Position numbers and translations under genes: made by a program
The notes under the pieces: model-generated
Seen by the model: only the letters and a program-made list of their open reading frames with translations
The model's database searches: none
What the model was told of the DNA's origin: nothing
In this document: piece by piece, positions 1-11,828 of the stretch
How the letters are laid out: the number at the start of each line of letters is the position of its first letter
How positions within the stretch are numbered: position 1 is the first letter of the stretch
NCBI GenBank assembly: GCA_963843795.1
Contig: CAWJLW010000006.1
Coordinates: 186,001 to 250,000 of the forward strand
Source of the DNA: an uncultured bacterium
Lineage (GTDB): Bacteria > Armatimonadota > Abditibacteriia > Abditibacteriales > Abditibacteriaceae
Length of the DNA stretch: 64,000 bases
Direction: 5' to 3'

Positions 1-46
1 GATTTACAGAATCGATGAACAAACGGTTTTTGTGCTCTGCAGTGTT

Positions 47-3000
47 TTAGTTGGTATCGGCTTCGATGTTGAGGGTGACTGTGTAGTTTCCATCGCGCTG
101 CACGCCAAAGAGGAAGGTGTAGCTGCGCGATTCGTTGATGCCCAGGGGGGTGCCCAGAACCAGGGTGCCGGCGTTGCGATCTGCTGTACTGGTGTTTTCG
201 ACCACGCTGCTGTTGAGGGCACCACCCAGTGATTGTGCTGGCTCTTCAAGTGTGGTGCCGCTGACTGGAACCGAGCCGCCACCGACCAGAATCACGTTCT
301 GCTGTGTGCTGGAAATCAAGCGCAGGTCGGCCTGATTGGTGTCGTTGTAGCCGGGGCTTTGCAGGCTGGTCTGGTTGATGACCCGGAAGCGCAGGCGTTT
401 GATGACCTGCCCACTGGTGTTGGTGATGGTGCGGCGCAGGGCCAGAGTGCCCAGGGGTGAGTTGGGGTTGGCTTTGGCGGTCGCACTGGTGGCACGCGCG
501 CGATTGGGGGCGCGGTTGGCGGCGTTGGTGATGCCCGGTTGGAGCAAAGCGACGCTGAAGCCCTCGTTGCGATTGATCGGACTGCTCAGGTTCTGAGGAC
601 CTGGAGCGCCGAGTTGAGATTGATTGCCGTTGTAGAGGCCAGCATCGGTGGAGATGAAGTTGAAGTCGGCGGCGTTGTCGCCTGTGTCCTGAGGCTTGCC
701 CTGGCTGATGATGCGCACAAAAGCGTATTCGCCAGCAGTGTTGGGGGCTGAGGAAAGTGCTGTGCCTTCGCCCGTCACCGTAGAACCGGCAAAGGCCACG
801 GCATCTTGCGTCACACCCCCAGCATTGCGCAATTGCAAGCCTGCTGCCTCGGGAATATCGACTCCGCTGGCCTGGTTGGTCGCCACGGAAAGTGAGTAGC
901 CGCTGCCGGTGAGCAGGTAGTAGCCACGCGCGGGAAGAGTGACACCCGAAGCGATGGTGATGGGGTTTGCGGCACTGTCATACAGCACGCTCCACCCGCT
1001 GATGTTCAAGGGCGCATCGGTGGTATTGTAAAGCTCGATGTATTCATCAGCAGAACCACGCCGAACCACGCAAACGGAACTCGCTGATTAATGCGCCGGT
1101 GGTCGCACTGGCCACGGCGTCTGTATTGGTGAGGCTAAATTGAACCGAAGCTGGCGTTGCGCCATTGGCGCTGGCTGTCACGGTGTACGTGCCCGTTGTG
1201 CCGTTGGCCGTCGCTGGGCTGCTGGCGAAGCCAGTGCTGCCAATTGTCGCCGGATTGTTGCTAAGAGTGGCGCTCGCGCCGCTATCTGGGGCCGTGAAGG
1301 TCACTTTGCCGCCATTTACGGGTTCGCTGTTTGTGCTACTGACCGCTACGGTGAGCGGATTCGCAAAAGCGGTATTAACTGTCGCGCTTTGACTGTTGCC
1401 GCCACTGTAGGTCAGCGTGAAGCCACGACTCTCGAAAGCGCCAATATCGGCAGTATCTTGCTGCGGATCGAGCGATGCCGCGTTGGTCAGTTGCCGGCGC
1501 GTTGGCATTATCCGCCGCATTGAGGGCTGGACTTCCTGGCAACAACGCCATGGTTTGCGTCGGGCCGCCATTGTCGGCCAAAGTGCCGAGCAACGGGTTG
1601 ATTTTGTTAGCATTAGTGCCCACAATATTGCCGTTAGTGCCGTTGGTCAAGCCACTTGTGCCATCGCCAATCAGATTGTTGCTGCTGGCACTATTGAAAG
1701 AGCCAGAGCTGTCTCGGCTGCTGCTTCCTGCCACAATGCTGTTTTTGAGCAGCATTGCGCCGAAACCATTGTTTACTCCTGTGCCATTGCCGTTGAAAGT
1801 AGAGTTAACAATGGTTGCGTTACCTCCATCGGTAGAAGATGAACCAATACCTGTGCCTGTCCCGCTAATGGTGGAGTTAGTGACAGTAGCGTTGCCGCCT
1901 TGGACAAAAATGCCAACGTTTCCGCCGCTAACGGTGCAATTTGTAACGGTGATGCGGAGGCCTCTAAAATTGTGGATGTTAAACCCACTGTTACCCGCAA
2001 AGGCACAATCAACAACAGAGAGCGTCCCCTGGTTTAAAATACCAGTGTTCCAATTCGCAATTGTCAGCCCAGTCATTGTCGCGGTTTTATCACTGCTGAT
2101 GGTAAAGGCTGTTCCGCTACCTGTACCGCGCACAGTGAGCAGTTTGGCGCCGGGGCCAGTAATCTTCACATCGTCGTTGATTGCGGGTAGGCCGCTACTC
2201 AGTTGAATGGTCTGCGCGCTGTTGAAGAGCGACGAAAATGTGATTTCATCCGCCTGTGCGCCATTGGCTTTGCTGTTGGCGAAGTTAATCGCTTCGCGCA
2301 AAGAGGTCACATTGTCGGTATCGGTCGAAGTTGTCCGAAGTGGTAGCGACGACCAGCGAAAGGCGTTTCGGTGACGTTAAAGCTGCTAGCGCTGGTGGCG
2401 GTGCCGTTGGGCGTGGTAACGCTGATCGGGCCCTTCGTCGTACCAGTGGGAACCGTCGCAGTGATTTGCGTGGCGGAGTTGACGGCGAAAGTGGCAGGTG
2501 TGCCGTTGAAACTCACGCCAGTTGCGCCGGTGAAGCTGGTGCCAGTGATGGTGACACTGGTGCCGACACCACCGCTGCTCGGCGTGAAGCTCGTGATAGT
2601 CGGCATTGCTGCTACTGCTTCGAAGGCGCCCATATCAACTGTCGTATTCACAATACGTGCGAAGCCCGTCCCGCGCTGGTCGGTCGTCACGCCGCTGGGA
2701 ATCAGGGCGTTGCTGCCCGCATCAATAGCCGGACTGCCCGGCAAAAGCGCAACGGTGAAGGTCGGCCCGCCGTTGTTCTTCAGCACCGCCTTCCCATTAG
2801 CATCCACTTCCAAGCCTGCGGCGGCTACCGTGCCGGTGGTGCGATTGTTCGACCCGGTGAAATTTCCCTGCACGTTGGTGGGACTGCCCAACACCAGGCT
2901 GTTGGACATGTTTATTAGCGGGGTAGGCCCCCCAGCCGCTTGGCCAATGACACCAGAATTGGTGTTGTCGATCACCGTGGCGTTGGTGATCGAAAGGTTA

Positions 3001-6000
3001 GAGGTAAAGGTGGTGATGCCGTATTGGTTGCCCACGATGGTGCAATTGATGATCGTCGCCGTGTCCGAGTTGCTAACGCCGCTATAGGCATTGCTGATTA
3101 TAGTGCAGTTGGAAACGGTCAATCCGCCAAAACCATTGTTAAGGGCTGTATATCCTCGTGTGAACGTTAATCCGGTCAGTGTTAGATTTCCCTGGTTGAC
3201 GTCGATGAGGTTGAACCCCTTGGTCACGCCATCCACCGTTACGCCCGCCGAGGAGCCGGTGATGGTCACCGGAGTCGTGACGTTGGGTAGAGCCGAACCA
3301 AGCGCGATGGTCTTGGCGGTGCCAAAGACCGTCGAGTCGAAGGTGATGGCGCTCTGGTCGGCGTTGGCGTTAGCGTTGTTGATCGCTTCGCGCAGCGAAA
3401 TCAAGCCATCAGCTGCCACGACATCGGTGTCGGTTGTGACTACAAGTCCCGCCGCGCCTGTTGGGTCCGGCGGCGCATATTCAAAGGCGCCGATGTCCAC
3501 CGTCGTGTTGTAAATGCGCGGAAAACCTGTCCCGCGCTGGTCGGTCGTCACGCTGCTGGGCACGTTGGAATTGAGACCCGCATCAATGGCCGGGCTGCCT
3601 GAAAGCAGCGCTATGGTGAAGGACGGGCCACCGTTGTCCTTCAACACTGCCTTCCCGTTGCCATCCACTTCCAAGCCTGCCGCTGCGGCGGTGCCTTCGG
3701 TGCGGTTATTCGATCCGCTGAAAGCTCCCAGGACGTTGGTAGGATTGCCCACCACCAAGCTATTGGAGAGATTTGTTGTACTGTTGAAAGGTCCTACAGC
3801 TTTGCCATCGGCAACGCCGATGTTCGCATTGCCAACGATCGTGCTATTGGTGACCGAGAGGAAGTCTTGAAGTTGACGATGCCATTGTTATGGCCTACAA
3901 ATGGTGGAATTGATGACCGTCGCCGTGCCATCGTTGGTGAGGCCATCCCCGCCACTATTGCTGAAGGTGGAATTCGAGATGGTCGCCGTTCCCGAGTTGT
4001 ATAAACCTGCTCCTCGTGTGAATGTCAATCCGGCCACGTTGAGGTTTCCGCTACTACTGACGGCGATGAGTCTCAATTGCTTGGTCGCGTCATCCAATGT
4101 CACGCCTGCTGGGGAGCCGGTGATGGTCACTGGGGTCGTGATTTGAGGCAGCGCCGAAGCCAGCGCGATGGTCTTGGACGTACCAAAAGCCGTTGCGTCG
4201 AAGGTGATAGCGCTCTGGTCAGCGTTGGCGTTGGCGTTATCCACCGCTTCGCGCAGCGAAATTTTGCCATCTGAGGCCATCACATCAGTGTTGGTGGTCA
4301 CAATCAAGGCCAGCCGCGCCCGTCGGGTCGGGAATAACTGCCACCCCGCCAGAATCACGTCGGCGATTTGGGTGAGGGTCGCCGTTGAAGGGGTGTTCTT
4401 CACAGCGGGGAAAACGATCAGATAGGAGCTATAGGCCGATCGCGTTGGTGAAATTATACCGTCTGCGTACCGCCGCGCGTTGCTCGGCAGCGACAAATTG
4501 CCGCTGCCCAGCTGCGCAGGTTGGAAAAGTTGATCGTGCCCGAAGTCGCAGACACGGTGTCCAAGTGCCATAGACCACGTAGGAGGCCGGGTCGCGCTCC
4601 TCGGCGTCATTGGCCGTCGTCAGCGTGAGTTGATCGAAGGCAACCGTCGCGGCATTGGAAGGCGTGTAAAGCAGCGCCGCGTTGGCGGTTTTGAAGAGCA
4701 GGAACTTCGTCGCCCGCGTTTTCGTCCGCAGCGTTCGTTGGCACTCGGTTGAGGGATAGTTGTTGCTGTCGTTAGTTGTGCCCGACCGTGGCGACCGTGA
4801 AGCTGTTGCCCGGCGTTCTTGAGGCCGCCCAACACACCGCTCGCTGAAAGGTCGCATTCGATGCGCGTCGCCGGTGCCGGTCAGGTCACGGTGTAAGGAT
4901 TCTCGTTGCTATCGTTGTTGGCGATAGACAGCGTTGCCGTCTTGTTGCCCGTCGTCGTGGGCGCGAAGCGAACGGTGAACGATGTCGTGCTGCCCGACGC
5001 CACCGTGGCCGAGGGCTGCGTCGTGACGCTGAACTCGCTCGCGTTGGCGCCGCTGAGCGCCACGACGGGGGTGCCCGTCAGATTGAGCGTCTGGCTGCCG
5101 GTGTTGCGGATCGTGAACGTGGTGGAAGTCGTTCCTTGTCCCGCCGCGTTGGAGCCGAAGCTGCGCGTGCCGCCGCTCGCTAGAGCCGTGCCCGCGGGCT
5201 GCTCCAAATCGAACTCCGGCCCGTTGAACAGGGTTGAAAACGTCGCCACGCTCGAATAGCCCGTGCCGTTGGCGTTGATCGCATATGCCTTGAAGGAGTA
5301 GCCCGTGCCCGCCGTCAGCCCCGTCACTGGAACCGTGAAGACGCCCGTCGTCGTGCTGCCTTCCGCTGACTTTAGTGGCGTTCGCGTCGCCGATGTTGGG
5401 GTCGGCATCCAAACTCGTGCGCGCATAAACCACGCCGCGCTCGGTGATTGCCGCGCCGCCGTCAGCCGTAACGTTGCCGCCCAGCGTCGCGCTCGTCTCG
5501 GTGATGTTCGTGCTCGTCGGCGTCGTTACTGTCGGCGGCAGATTGCCGATCGTGAGCGTAACCACATAGTCCGCGTTCCAGGGGTTGGCGGTCGCGTCGC
5601 ACTAAAAGAATCCGGCGTGGACCCCGGCTCAATCGTGATTGAAAACTGCTCTCCTGACCCTGCGTTGATTGCGACCGCAACAGTGCCATTAGCGCTGTAA
5701 TTCGTCACCTGCGTGCCGCCTGTGGGGCTCGAAACCGTCACCTTCCCTGGATTACTACCCGCCGAGTAATTGCTTACGGCGATCGACGCCGCAGTGACTA
5801 TTTTTCCAGTTGAAAGGGTAAAGATGACTTTATCTGCAGGCTCAGTGCGGGTTACATACCCGCTCATCACGGTGGGGTTGGCGATTGTCCCGGGCACCGT
5901 CTGCCCCGAGGCCCCGAAGTTCCCTGTCGCCAACACTGTGGTCCCCGCTACCTTGACCGTCTCCGCGAGCGTCGTTGCCGTCGCCGTGTTGGAATACACC

Positions 6001-6830
6001 GTTCCGTCATTGTTCGTCGCGTAACCCCGAAAAGTGTAGGACGTCGAATGCGAAAGCGATCCGGCTACTTGCCCAAAGTCACCGGTGGCAGTCGAGGTGC
6101 CGGAATTCAGTTTGGTCACGTTCGAGCCATTGAGCACCGGGTTGTTATTCAGCGATGTCTGAGAATAGATGATGCCACGCTCAGTATTGAGTCCACCTGT
6201 TGAGGTCACCATTCCAGACGCGTCGATAGTCGTTGGCCGGATGTTGGAAATCGTAATGGTGGAGTTAATCGTTGGTGGCGCGGCCTCGGCTGGCGTCGCA
6301 GCAGCAAATAAGCTGAGCAGCGCGCCGAACGCTAAAGCATGGGCGCGGCCAGTAAACAGCGTCCTTAAGCGAGGCTGGTTGAGATCGAAGCTGGCCTGGC
6401 CGGTTATGGCTGGCAACAGCAGGCAAAGCGCCGCCAATAGCAACAGCAGGTTGACACTTAAAGTCGCCGCGTTCGTCGTATGGGCCGCATTCGCGGCAAA
6501 ACTCAGAGTTCCAATGGACGCGCTGACCGTTCCGTTGGCGCCTACGGCGGGCGAGGTCAAAGTGCTCGCGACACCCGCGGTTTGCGTAGCTGACACAAAC
6601 GTGGTGCCTGGCGTCAATGGAACGCTGAGCGTGACGTTCGTAGCATCAGCGTTACCGATGTTGCCCACGCTCACGTTGTAGGACAGGTTCTGCCCTTCTG
6701 CCACTGTCGTCGGGGCCACGTTGGTCACAGAAAGATTGGGCGCAGGCGGGAGGGCCTGAGCGTGAGCTGGCGCCGCACACAGTGCTCCCGTGAGTAGCGC
6801 AGCGCTCAACACAGAGAAAGCTTTCTTCAT
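47..6830 (-). pseudogene. Giant secreted/surface protein (DUF11, FnIII-like, choice-of-anchor D, 3x CSLREA + choice-of-anchor Q, IPT/TIG, Big-1-like, lamin-tail domains) split by about 9 frameshifts
   Basis: Consecutive minus-strand ORFs (5526-6830, 4909-5565, 4881-5426, 4429-4857, 3888-4610, 2307-3758, 1375-2310, 1047-1625, 47-1069) continue one T/S/G/A/N-rich protein. Motifs seen: signal peptide MKKAFSVL..AHAQA, SLREAI/V x3, NGGPT..ALLPGSPA..TDQRG..DIGAFE, PTITSFTPSSG, LISEFRLRG..DEYIELYN. The breaks may be assembly errors. Confidence 0.75.
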
Positions 6831-7450
6831 GAAGTTCTCAGACAAATACGGCTTGGCGTTCTCGGCAAAGGACGACGCCTGTGCGCCCCCGCAAGTACTT
6901 GCACCTGATACGCCCAGCATTGCTGACATTAACCACTGTTTCATAATTCCTTGGCCCGCTCACAAAATAAAAATAAAATCGCTCATTTCCACGGGCCAAG
7001 TGGAAATGAGCACGCTGCTCACCGATGTAACTGGCTGCACATTATCGAACTCGCCGCACCTCAAGCGCTGGTCACAACGAGTTCAAAGCGATATCACCGC
7101 ATAATGCGCCGCTTGCACACTTGCTGCAAGTACCCGCACACAGCACAGGCGCAGCTAAAGACACTGATCATGACAACTTTTTGGCCACAATCATTGCTCT
7201 CTTGGTAACACGAGGTATTTCGCAGATATTATAAGTCAACGCGTGTCATCAAGCAATGGTTTTCGGCGTTTGATTGGGCTTTTATTTCGTAATAAACCAA
7301 TTGTCTTTAAGCATGAAAGTTATGGTAAGATAGGCGTGAAATGGGTGTGGGGCTGAAAAGTGAATCAAAAGATGGAGTATTTGATTTCGGTCGCTAAGCG
7401 CCGCGTCTTTTGTTTTGGCAGCCGATTGCCTCACTGGTCGGAAGGAGAAA

Positions 7451-8461
7451 TTGGATATCGCTGTTACTCAGAAAGACATCGCTCGTCATCTTGGCATTTC
7501 GCGTTCGACAGTTGTGCAAGCTCTCAACGGTATTGGGCGCGTGCAACCGGAAACGCGCGACAAGGTGTTGCAAGCGGCACACGAGTTGGGATATCGGCCT
7601 AATCCGATGGCCCGCGCGCTGGTTTCGGGCAAAACCGAGCGGCTGGCGCTCTGGTATTATCCGATGCTCGACCCCAACTTGATGGAGATGGCGAACGAGC
7701 TGCAAATGCTGGTGCCGCCCTACAATTTGGTGGTGGCGAATCTGGGTTTATACAAACCGTCGTCCGATAGTTATACCGAACAGTTCCCACCCGCTGAGTG
7801 GCCGGTCGATGGAATTTTCGCCTACGACACTGGTTTGCCCGAACATATTTTGAGCAATATGAAGGGCGCGCCGCCGATGGTTTATATCGACACCGAACTC
7901 ACGACGGAAAATTATGACAAACGTGTCGATACGATTTTGATTGATATGCGACCCGGCACCGAAGCGGCGATTCGTCATTTGGTAGCCACTCGCCAGCGCG
8001 TGGCGATGCTGTGCTTGGAATCATTGGCCGCACCGGATAACTCGCGCGCGATTATTTATGAGCAAGTGTTGCGCGAAGCGGGACGCGAACCGGAATATAT
8101 TCCGGTGCCGGTGAACCGTTATTATCGCGACTGGGCGTATCGCGCGTTTCGAGAGTATGTGAAAGAAAATGGCTGCCCAGACGCGATTTTTTGTACCAAT
8201 GATGAACAGGCGGCGGCAGTCAATTGCGCTCTTTACGAAATGGGGCGTCGGGTGCCTGAAGATGTGGCGCTTATCGGTTTCGACAATCAACCCGAAGCGC
8301 GCTATCAAGCGCCGCCGCTGAGTACAGTTGCTTTACCGCTCACTGAAATTTGCCAGGTGGCGTGGCGCTTTTTGAAAAAGCGGCTCGAAGAACCGGACAC
8401 GCCACACCAACTCGAAGTGATAACAGCAGAGTGGATTGAACGCGAATCTTCAGCGGCGTGA
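7451..8461 (+). CDS. LacI family transcriptional regulator
   Basis: HTH TQKDIARHLGISRSTVVQAL, hinge YRPNPMARAL, C-terminal VPEDVALIGFDN..PPLSTV. TTG start follows AAGGAG. Confidence 0.93.
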   Translation: MDIAVTQKDIARHLGISRSTVVQALNGIGRVQPETRDKVLQAAHELGYRPNPMARALVSGKTERLALWYYPMLDPNLMEMANELQMLVPPYNLVVANLGLYKPSSDSYTEQFPPAEWPVDGIFAYDTGLPEHILSNMKGAPPMVYIDTELTTENYDKRVDTILIDMRPGTEAAIRHLVATRQRVAMLCLESLAAPDNSRAIIYEQVLREAGREPEYIPVPVNRYYRDWAYRAFREYVKENGCPDAIFCTNDEQAAAVNCALYEMGRRVPEDVALIGFDNQPEARYQAPPLSTVALPLTEICQVAWRFLKKRLEEPDTPHQLEVITAEWIERESSAA

Positions 8462-8576
8462 ATTGAGTGCAGCAAGTACTTGCAGCGATAAACACCTCGA
8501 AATGTGATTGTGGCACTCGTTGGCTAAAATAAGAGCGTCGCATTATCTCGATTAAATTTAATGGAAATCATTTTTT

Positions 8577-10516
8577 ATGGCTGTTTATCTGTCTTCTGCT
8601 ACGCTGGGCAACGACCAAACTTTGTTGACTCTTGGGCACAGCGGTGAATTAATGGCGTGGTTTTATCCGCACAAAGACCACGCCCAACAAATCCGCGAAT
8701 GTATGCCCGCGGTTTATGTGCGCGACGAGCACGGTGGCCACGCACACTGGACGTGGAGCGATAGTCTTCACGCGCGTGCAAACTTATTTGCCGCAATCCA
8801 ACTTGCTGCGCACGGTTCTCGAAGCGACTTCGCTGGGCTTGCGCCTCACTTTCAACGATTGCGTGCCGCTGCACGGCGCGGTTTTAATTCGTCGAATTGA
8901 AATTGAAAACACTGGCGAACGCGATTTGCGCGCGGCGGTTTTTCATAGCGGCGATTGGAATCTGGGCGGTTTTTCTCAGGGCAATGCGCTGCGCTTCGAT
9001 CACGATCATCAAATGTTGCTGCAAAACCACCGCGAAGCCGCACTGGCGATTGGCGGCGACGCGGTCGAAAGTTGGAGCTGTGGCAAAGCCGGTGCGAATT
9101 GGGGCAACAATGCCAAACGCGCGGTCGAAAACGGTCATTTATACGACAACGATCTGGAAATTGGCGATGTCGGCTGGGCCTTTGGTTTCGACTGTGATTT
9201 GCACGCGGGCACTGCGCTGCAAAAAACTGCGGTTTTCGCGCTCGCCGCGACCGATGAAGCCGCTGTTGCCGCCGCGCTGCACGCGTTTCATAATGCCGAA
9301 AGTTTGTGTGCCGAACGCAGCGCAGCCGATGAGAAATGGCTGAGCAAAGGCACCAAAATGCTGAAGAAAGCGTTGGCGTCCAAAAAGAAGTTGCCCGAAG
9401 ATTTACAAGTCGCCTACGAACGCTCGCTGTTGTGTTTGCCCTTGTTGTGCGGCGAAGAAGGCGTTGCAGTTGCGGCGCCGGAATTCGATCCCGAATTTAT
9501 CGCGTGTGGCGGTTACGGTTATTTTTGGCCGCGCGATGGCGGCGAATATGTATCGGGCTTAATCGACGCCGGTTATCCGCAGTTCGCGCCCGCGATGTTC
9601 GATTGGTGCGCGCGCCATCAGGATGCGGCAGGTTTGTGGCATCAGCGCTATTTCTTCAACGGCGCGCCCGCGCCCAACTGGTGTTTGCCGCCCGATATGC
9701 TGCAAATCGATCAAGTCGGTGCGGTCTTGTGGTCGTATGGCAAGTATTTGCAGACCGCCAAAGGCAAACCCAAAAGCGCGCACTTGGAAATGGTGCGACG
9801 CGCGGCAGATTATCTGCTGTCGCGCCAAACCGAACGCGGCGTTCACGCCAACGCTTTCGATACGTGGGAAACTTTTATCGGTTCGTTCACTTACTCCAAC
9901 GCCGCAATTCATTCGGCTTTTCTGGTCGCGCATCAGCAGTTGGGCGACAGCAAGTACTTGCAGGCCGCGCAAAGCACCAAAGCTGGGCGTGCTGAAACAT
10001 TTCGTGCGCGAAAGCGACGATTACAAGTATTTGGTGCGCGGTCTGGACTCGCACGGAAACGCCGATGAAACCGTCGATTCTTCCTCGCTGGGCGCTATCG
10101 AACCATTCGGTTTATTGGATTTGAGCGATGATGAAGAATTGGAAATTGCGGTGGGCACGCTGCATATTATGCGCGAGCGGTTGGAAGTCGATTGGATGGG
10201 CGGTCGCGCGATTCGCCGCTTCGAGGGCGATGCCTATGTCGGCGGCGTTCCGGCGTGTGTGAACACTTTGTGGATGGCGCGTTGCTCGCTTCACGTCGCG
10301 GCGCGTTTGCGCGAATTGGGGCGTGTTGCGGAAGCCGATGAGATGCGCGACCGCGCGCAGGGATATTTGCAGACGGTTTTGAAACGCGCGACGCCGACCG
10401 GTTTGCTGCCGGAACTCATGCAGGGGCCGGAAGGTCAGACGTTTTGGGCTGCGCCGCACGGTTGGGCAATGTCGAGCTTTGTTTCGGGCGTTTTGATGCT
10501 GGCGAAACAGTTGTAA
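8577..10516 (+). CDS. Glycoside hydrolase family 15 (glucoamylase-like), two frameshifts (about 8765 and 9985)
   Basis: YGYFWPRDG, QIDQVG, DTWE and GLLPE motifs spread over ORFs 8577-8900, 8716-10068 and 9623-10516. The second shift is at a GGG run. Confidence 0.85.
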
Positions 10517-10550
10517 AAATGTAGAATTATCAGTTGAGCGCGTATTTATC

Positions 10551-10594
10551 TCAGCGTTTTTCGGAGGTTTCGACCTTTGGAAAACGCTGATTTT
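10551..10594 (+). terminator. Probable intrinsic terminator hairpin
   Basis: TCAGCGTTTT..TTCG loop..AAAACGCTGA followed by TTTT, downstream of the GH15 gene. Confidence 0.55.
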
Positions 10595-10608
10595 GTCGCA
10601 AAATCGCT

Positions 10609-11787
10609 ATGGCTATTGCCGAACCGCTTTCTCCCGTTTCTCAGCGCAAACCGCGCAAGCGTTTGCCTGCGGCGGCGTGGCGTCCGTGCTTGTTCGATAT
10701 GGCATATGCGCGTGAGCTGCTGCTGCCCTTAACTCTTGGGATGTTGGTTTTGGTGGTCGTGATGAGCGGCAACTTTGTTTACGGCGCCATCAATTCCGTC
10801 GTCAATCAGGGCATTGGCATCGCGCCGATGCTGCGCTTGTTCTTTCTTTCGCTACCGGGTTTCGCGGTGCAGGGCGTGGCGGTCGGATTAATATTGGCAG
10901 TTTGTTTAGTGATTAATCGTGCGGTGCGAGATAACGAGATTATCGCGCTGCGTTCGGGCGGCGCATCGGTCGCGCGCATTCTGCTGCCGTTCTGGGTCAT
11001 CGCGCTTTTAGCGACTGGATTGGAATATACGCTGCTGGAAAAAGTGACGCCGGTGACCAATCAGATGGTTTATGAATCTTTAGCCAAGATGATGAAGACC
11101 AGCGCCACGCAACTTATCGAAGGCGATAAGTATTTTCGCGTTGGGCAGTATTATTTCTATGTCGGTAGCGCAGAAAAAGGCATCCTGAAAAATGTAATGA
11201 TTTACGAGCGCAATTCGGGTACTTTTAACGGGCTGCCCACGACAAATTATCCGAAAGTTTTCATCGCCCGCGAAGCGCGCGAAGACCCGAAGCACCCCAA
11301 TACCTGGGTTTTGCTCAATGGCGTGATTCATAATTACCAGAATAATGGCAAGCAGGCCAATGAATCGACTTTTGATTCGATAAGCATCAATGTCGGACAA
11401 GAATTATCGTCGTATTGGGCTGAACAAAAGGATCCGTTCGCGATGAGCGGCGATGAATTATCGAAGCAGATCAAAGATTTGGAAAACGCGGCTTTCGATG
11501 CGGGCCGAATTCGCGAAATGCAAGTAGCGCTTTATCGCAAATATTCGTTGCCCTTTGCGTGTTTCGTGATGGCTCTGTGCGCCGCACCGCTTTCTTTGCG
11601 TTTCGCGCGGCACGGCTCGTTCGCGGGTTTGGTGTGCGCGTTCTTACTGGCGTTTTTGTGGCAAGGTTTCGATGCGTGGTTCAGCGCTTTGGGCAAAGGC
11701 GGACACCTCGAACCAATAATCGCCGCGTGGAGCACCAATGCTTTGTTCCTGTTTTGCGGCGTGCTGCTTTTGTGGCGCGAACGTTGA
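10609..11787 (+). CDS. LptF/LptG family LPS export permease
   Basis: DNEIIALRSGGAS motif, 3+3 transmembrane layout with a central periplasmic domain, C-terminal PIIAAWSTN. Confidence 0.88.
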   Translation: MAIAEPLSPVSQRKPRKRLPAAAWRPCLFDMAYARELLLPLTLGMLVLVVVMSGNFVYGAINSVVNQGIGIAPMLRLFFLSLPGFAVQGVAVGLILAVCLVINRAVRDNEIIALRSGGASVARILLPFWVIALLATGLEYTLLEKVTPVTNQMVYESLAKMMKTSATQLIEGDKYFRVGQYYFYVGSAEKGILKNVMIYERNSGTFNGLPTTNYPKVFIAREAREDPKHPNTWVLLNGVIHNYQNNGKQANESTFDSISINVGQELSSYWAEQKDPFAMSGDELSKQIKDLENAAFDAGRIREMQVALYRKYSLPFACFVMALCAAPLSLRFARHGSFAGLVCAFLLAFLWQGFDAWFSALGKGGHLEPIIAAWSTNALFLFCGVLLLWRER

Positions 11788-11828
11788 AAGTGTGTGGCAA
11801 GTACTTGCCACAGGCGAAATTTCCTCTT

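Noticed and set aside
1140..6681. Plus-strand ORFs antisense to the surface protein, and many similar shadow ORFs elsewhere
   Set aside because: They have no recognisable domains and are expected opposite GC-rich or repetitive coding strands.
7451..8461. 12-mer as the operator of the local LacI regulator
   Set aside because: It lacks the central CG typical of LacI-family operators, and its density and 3'/intragenic positions do not fit a regulon.
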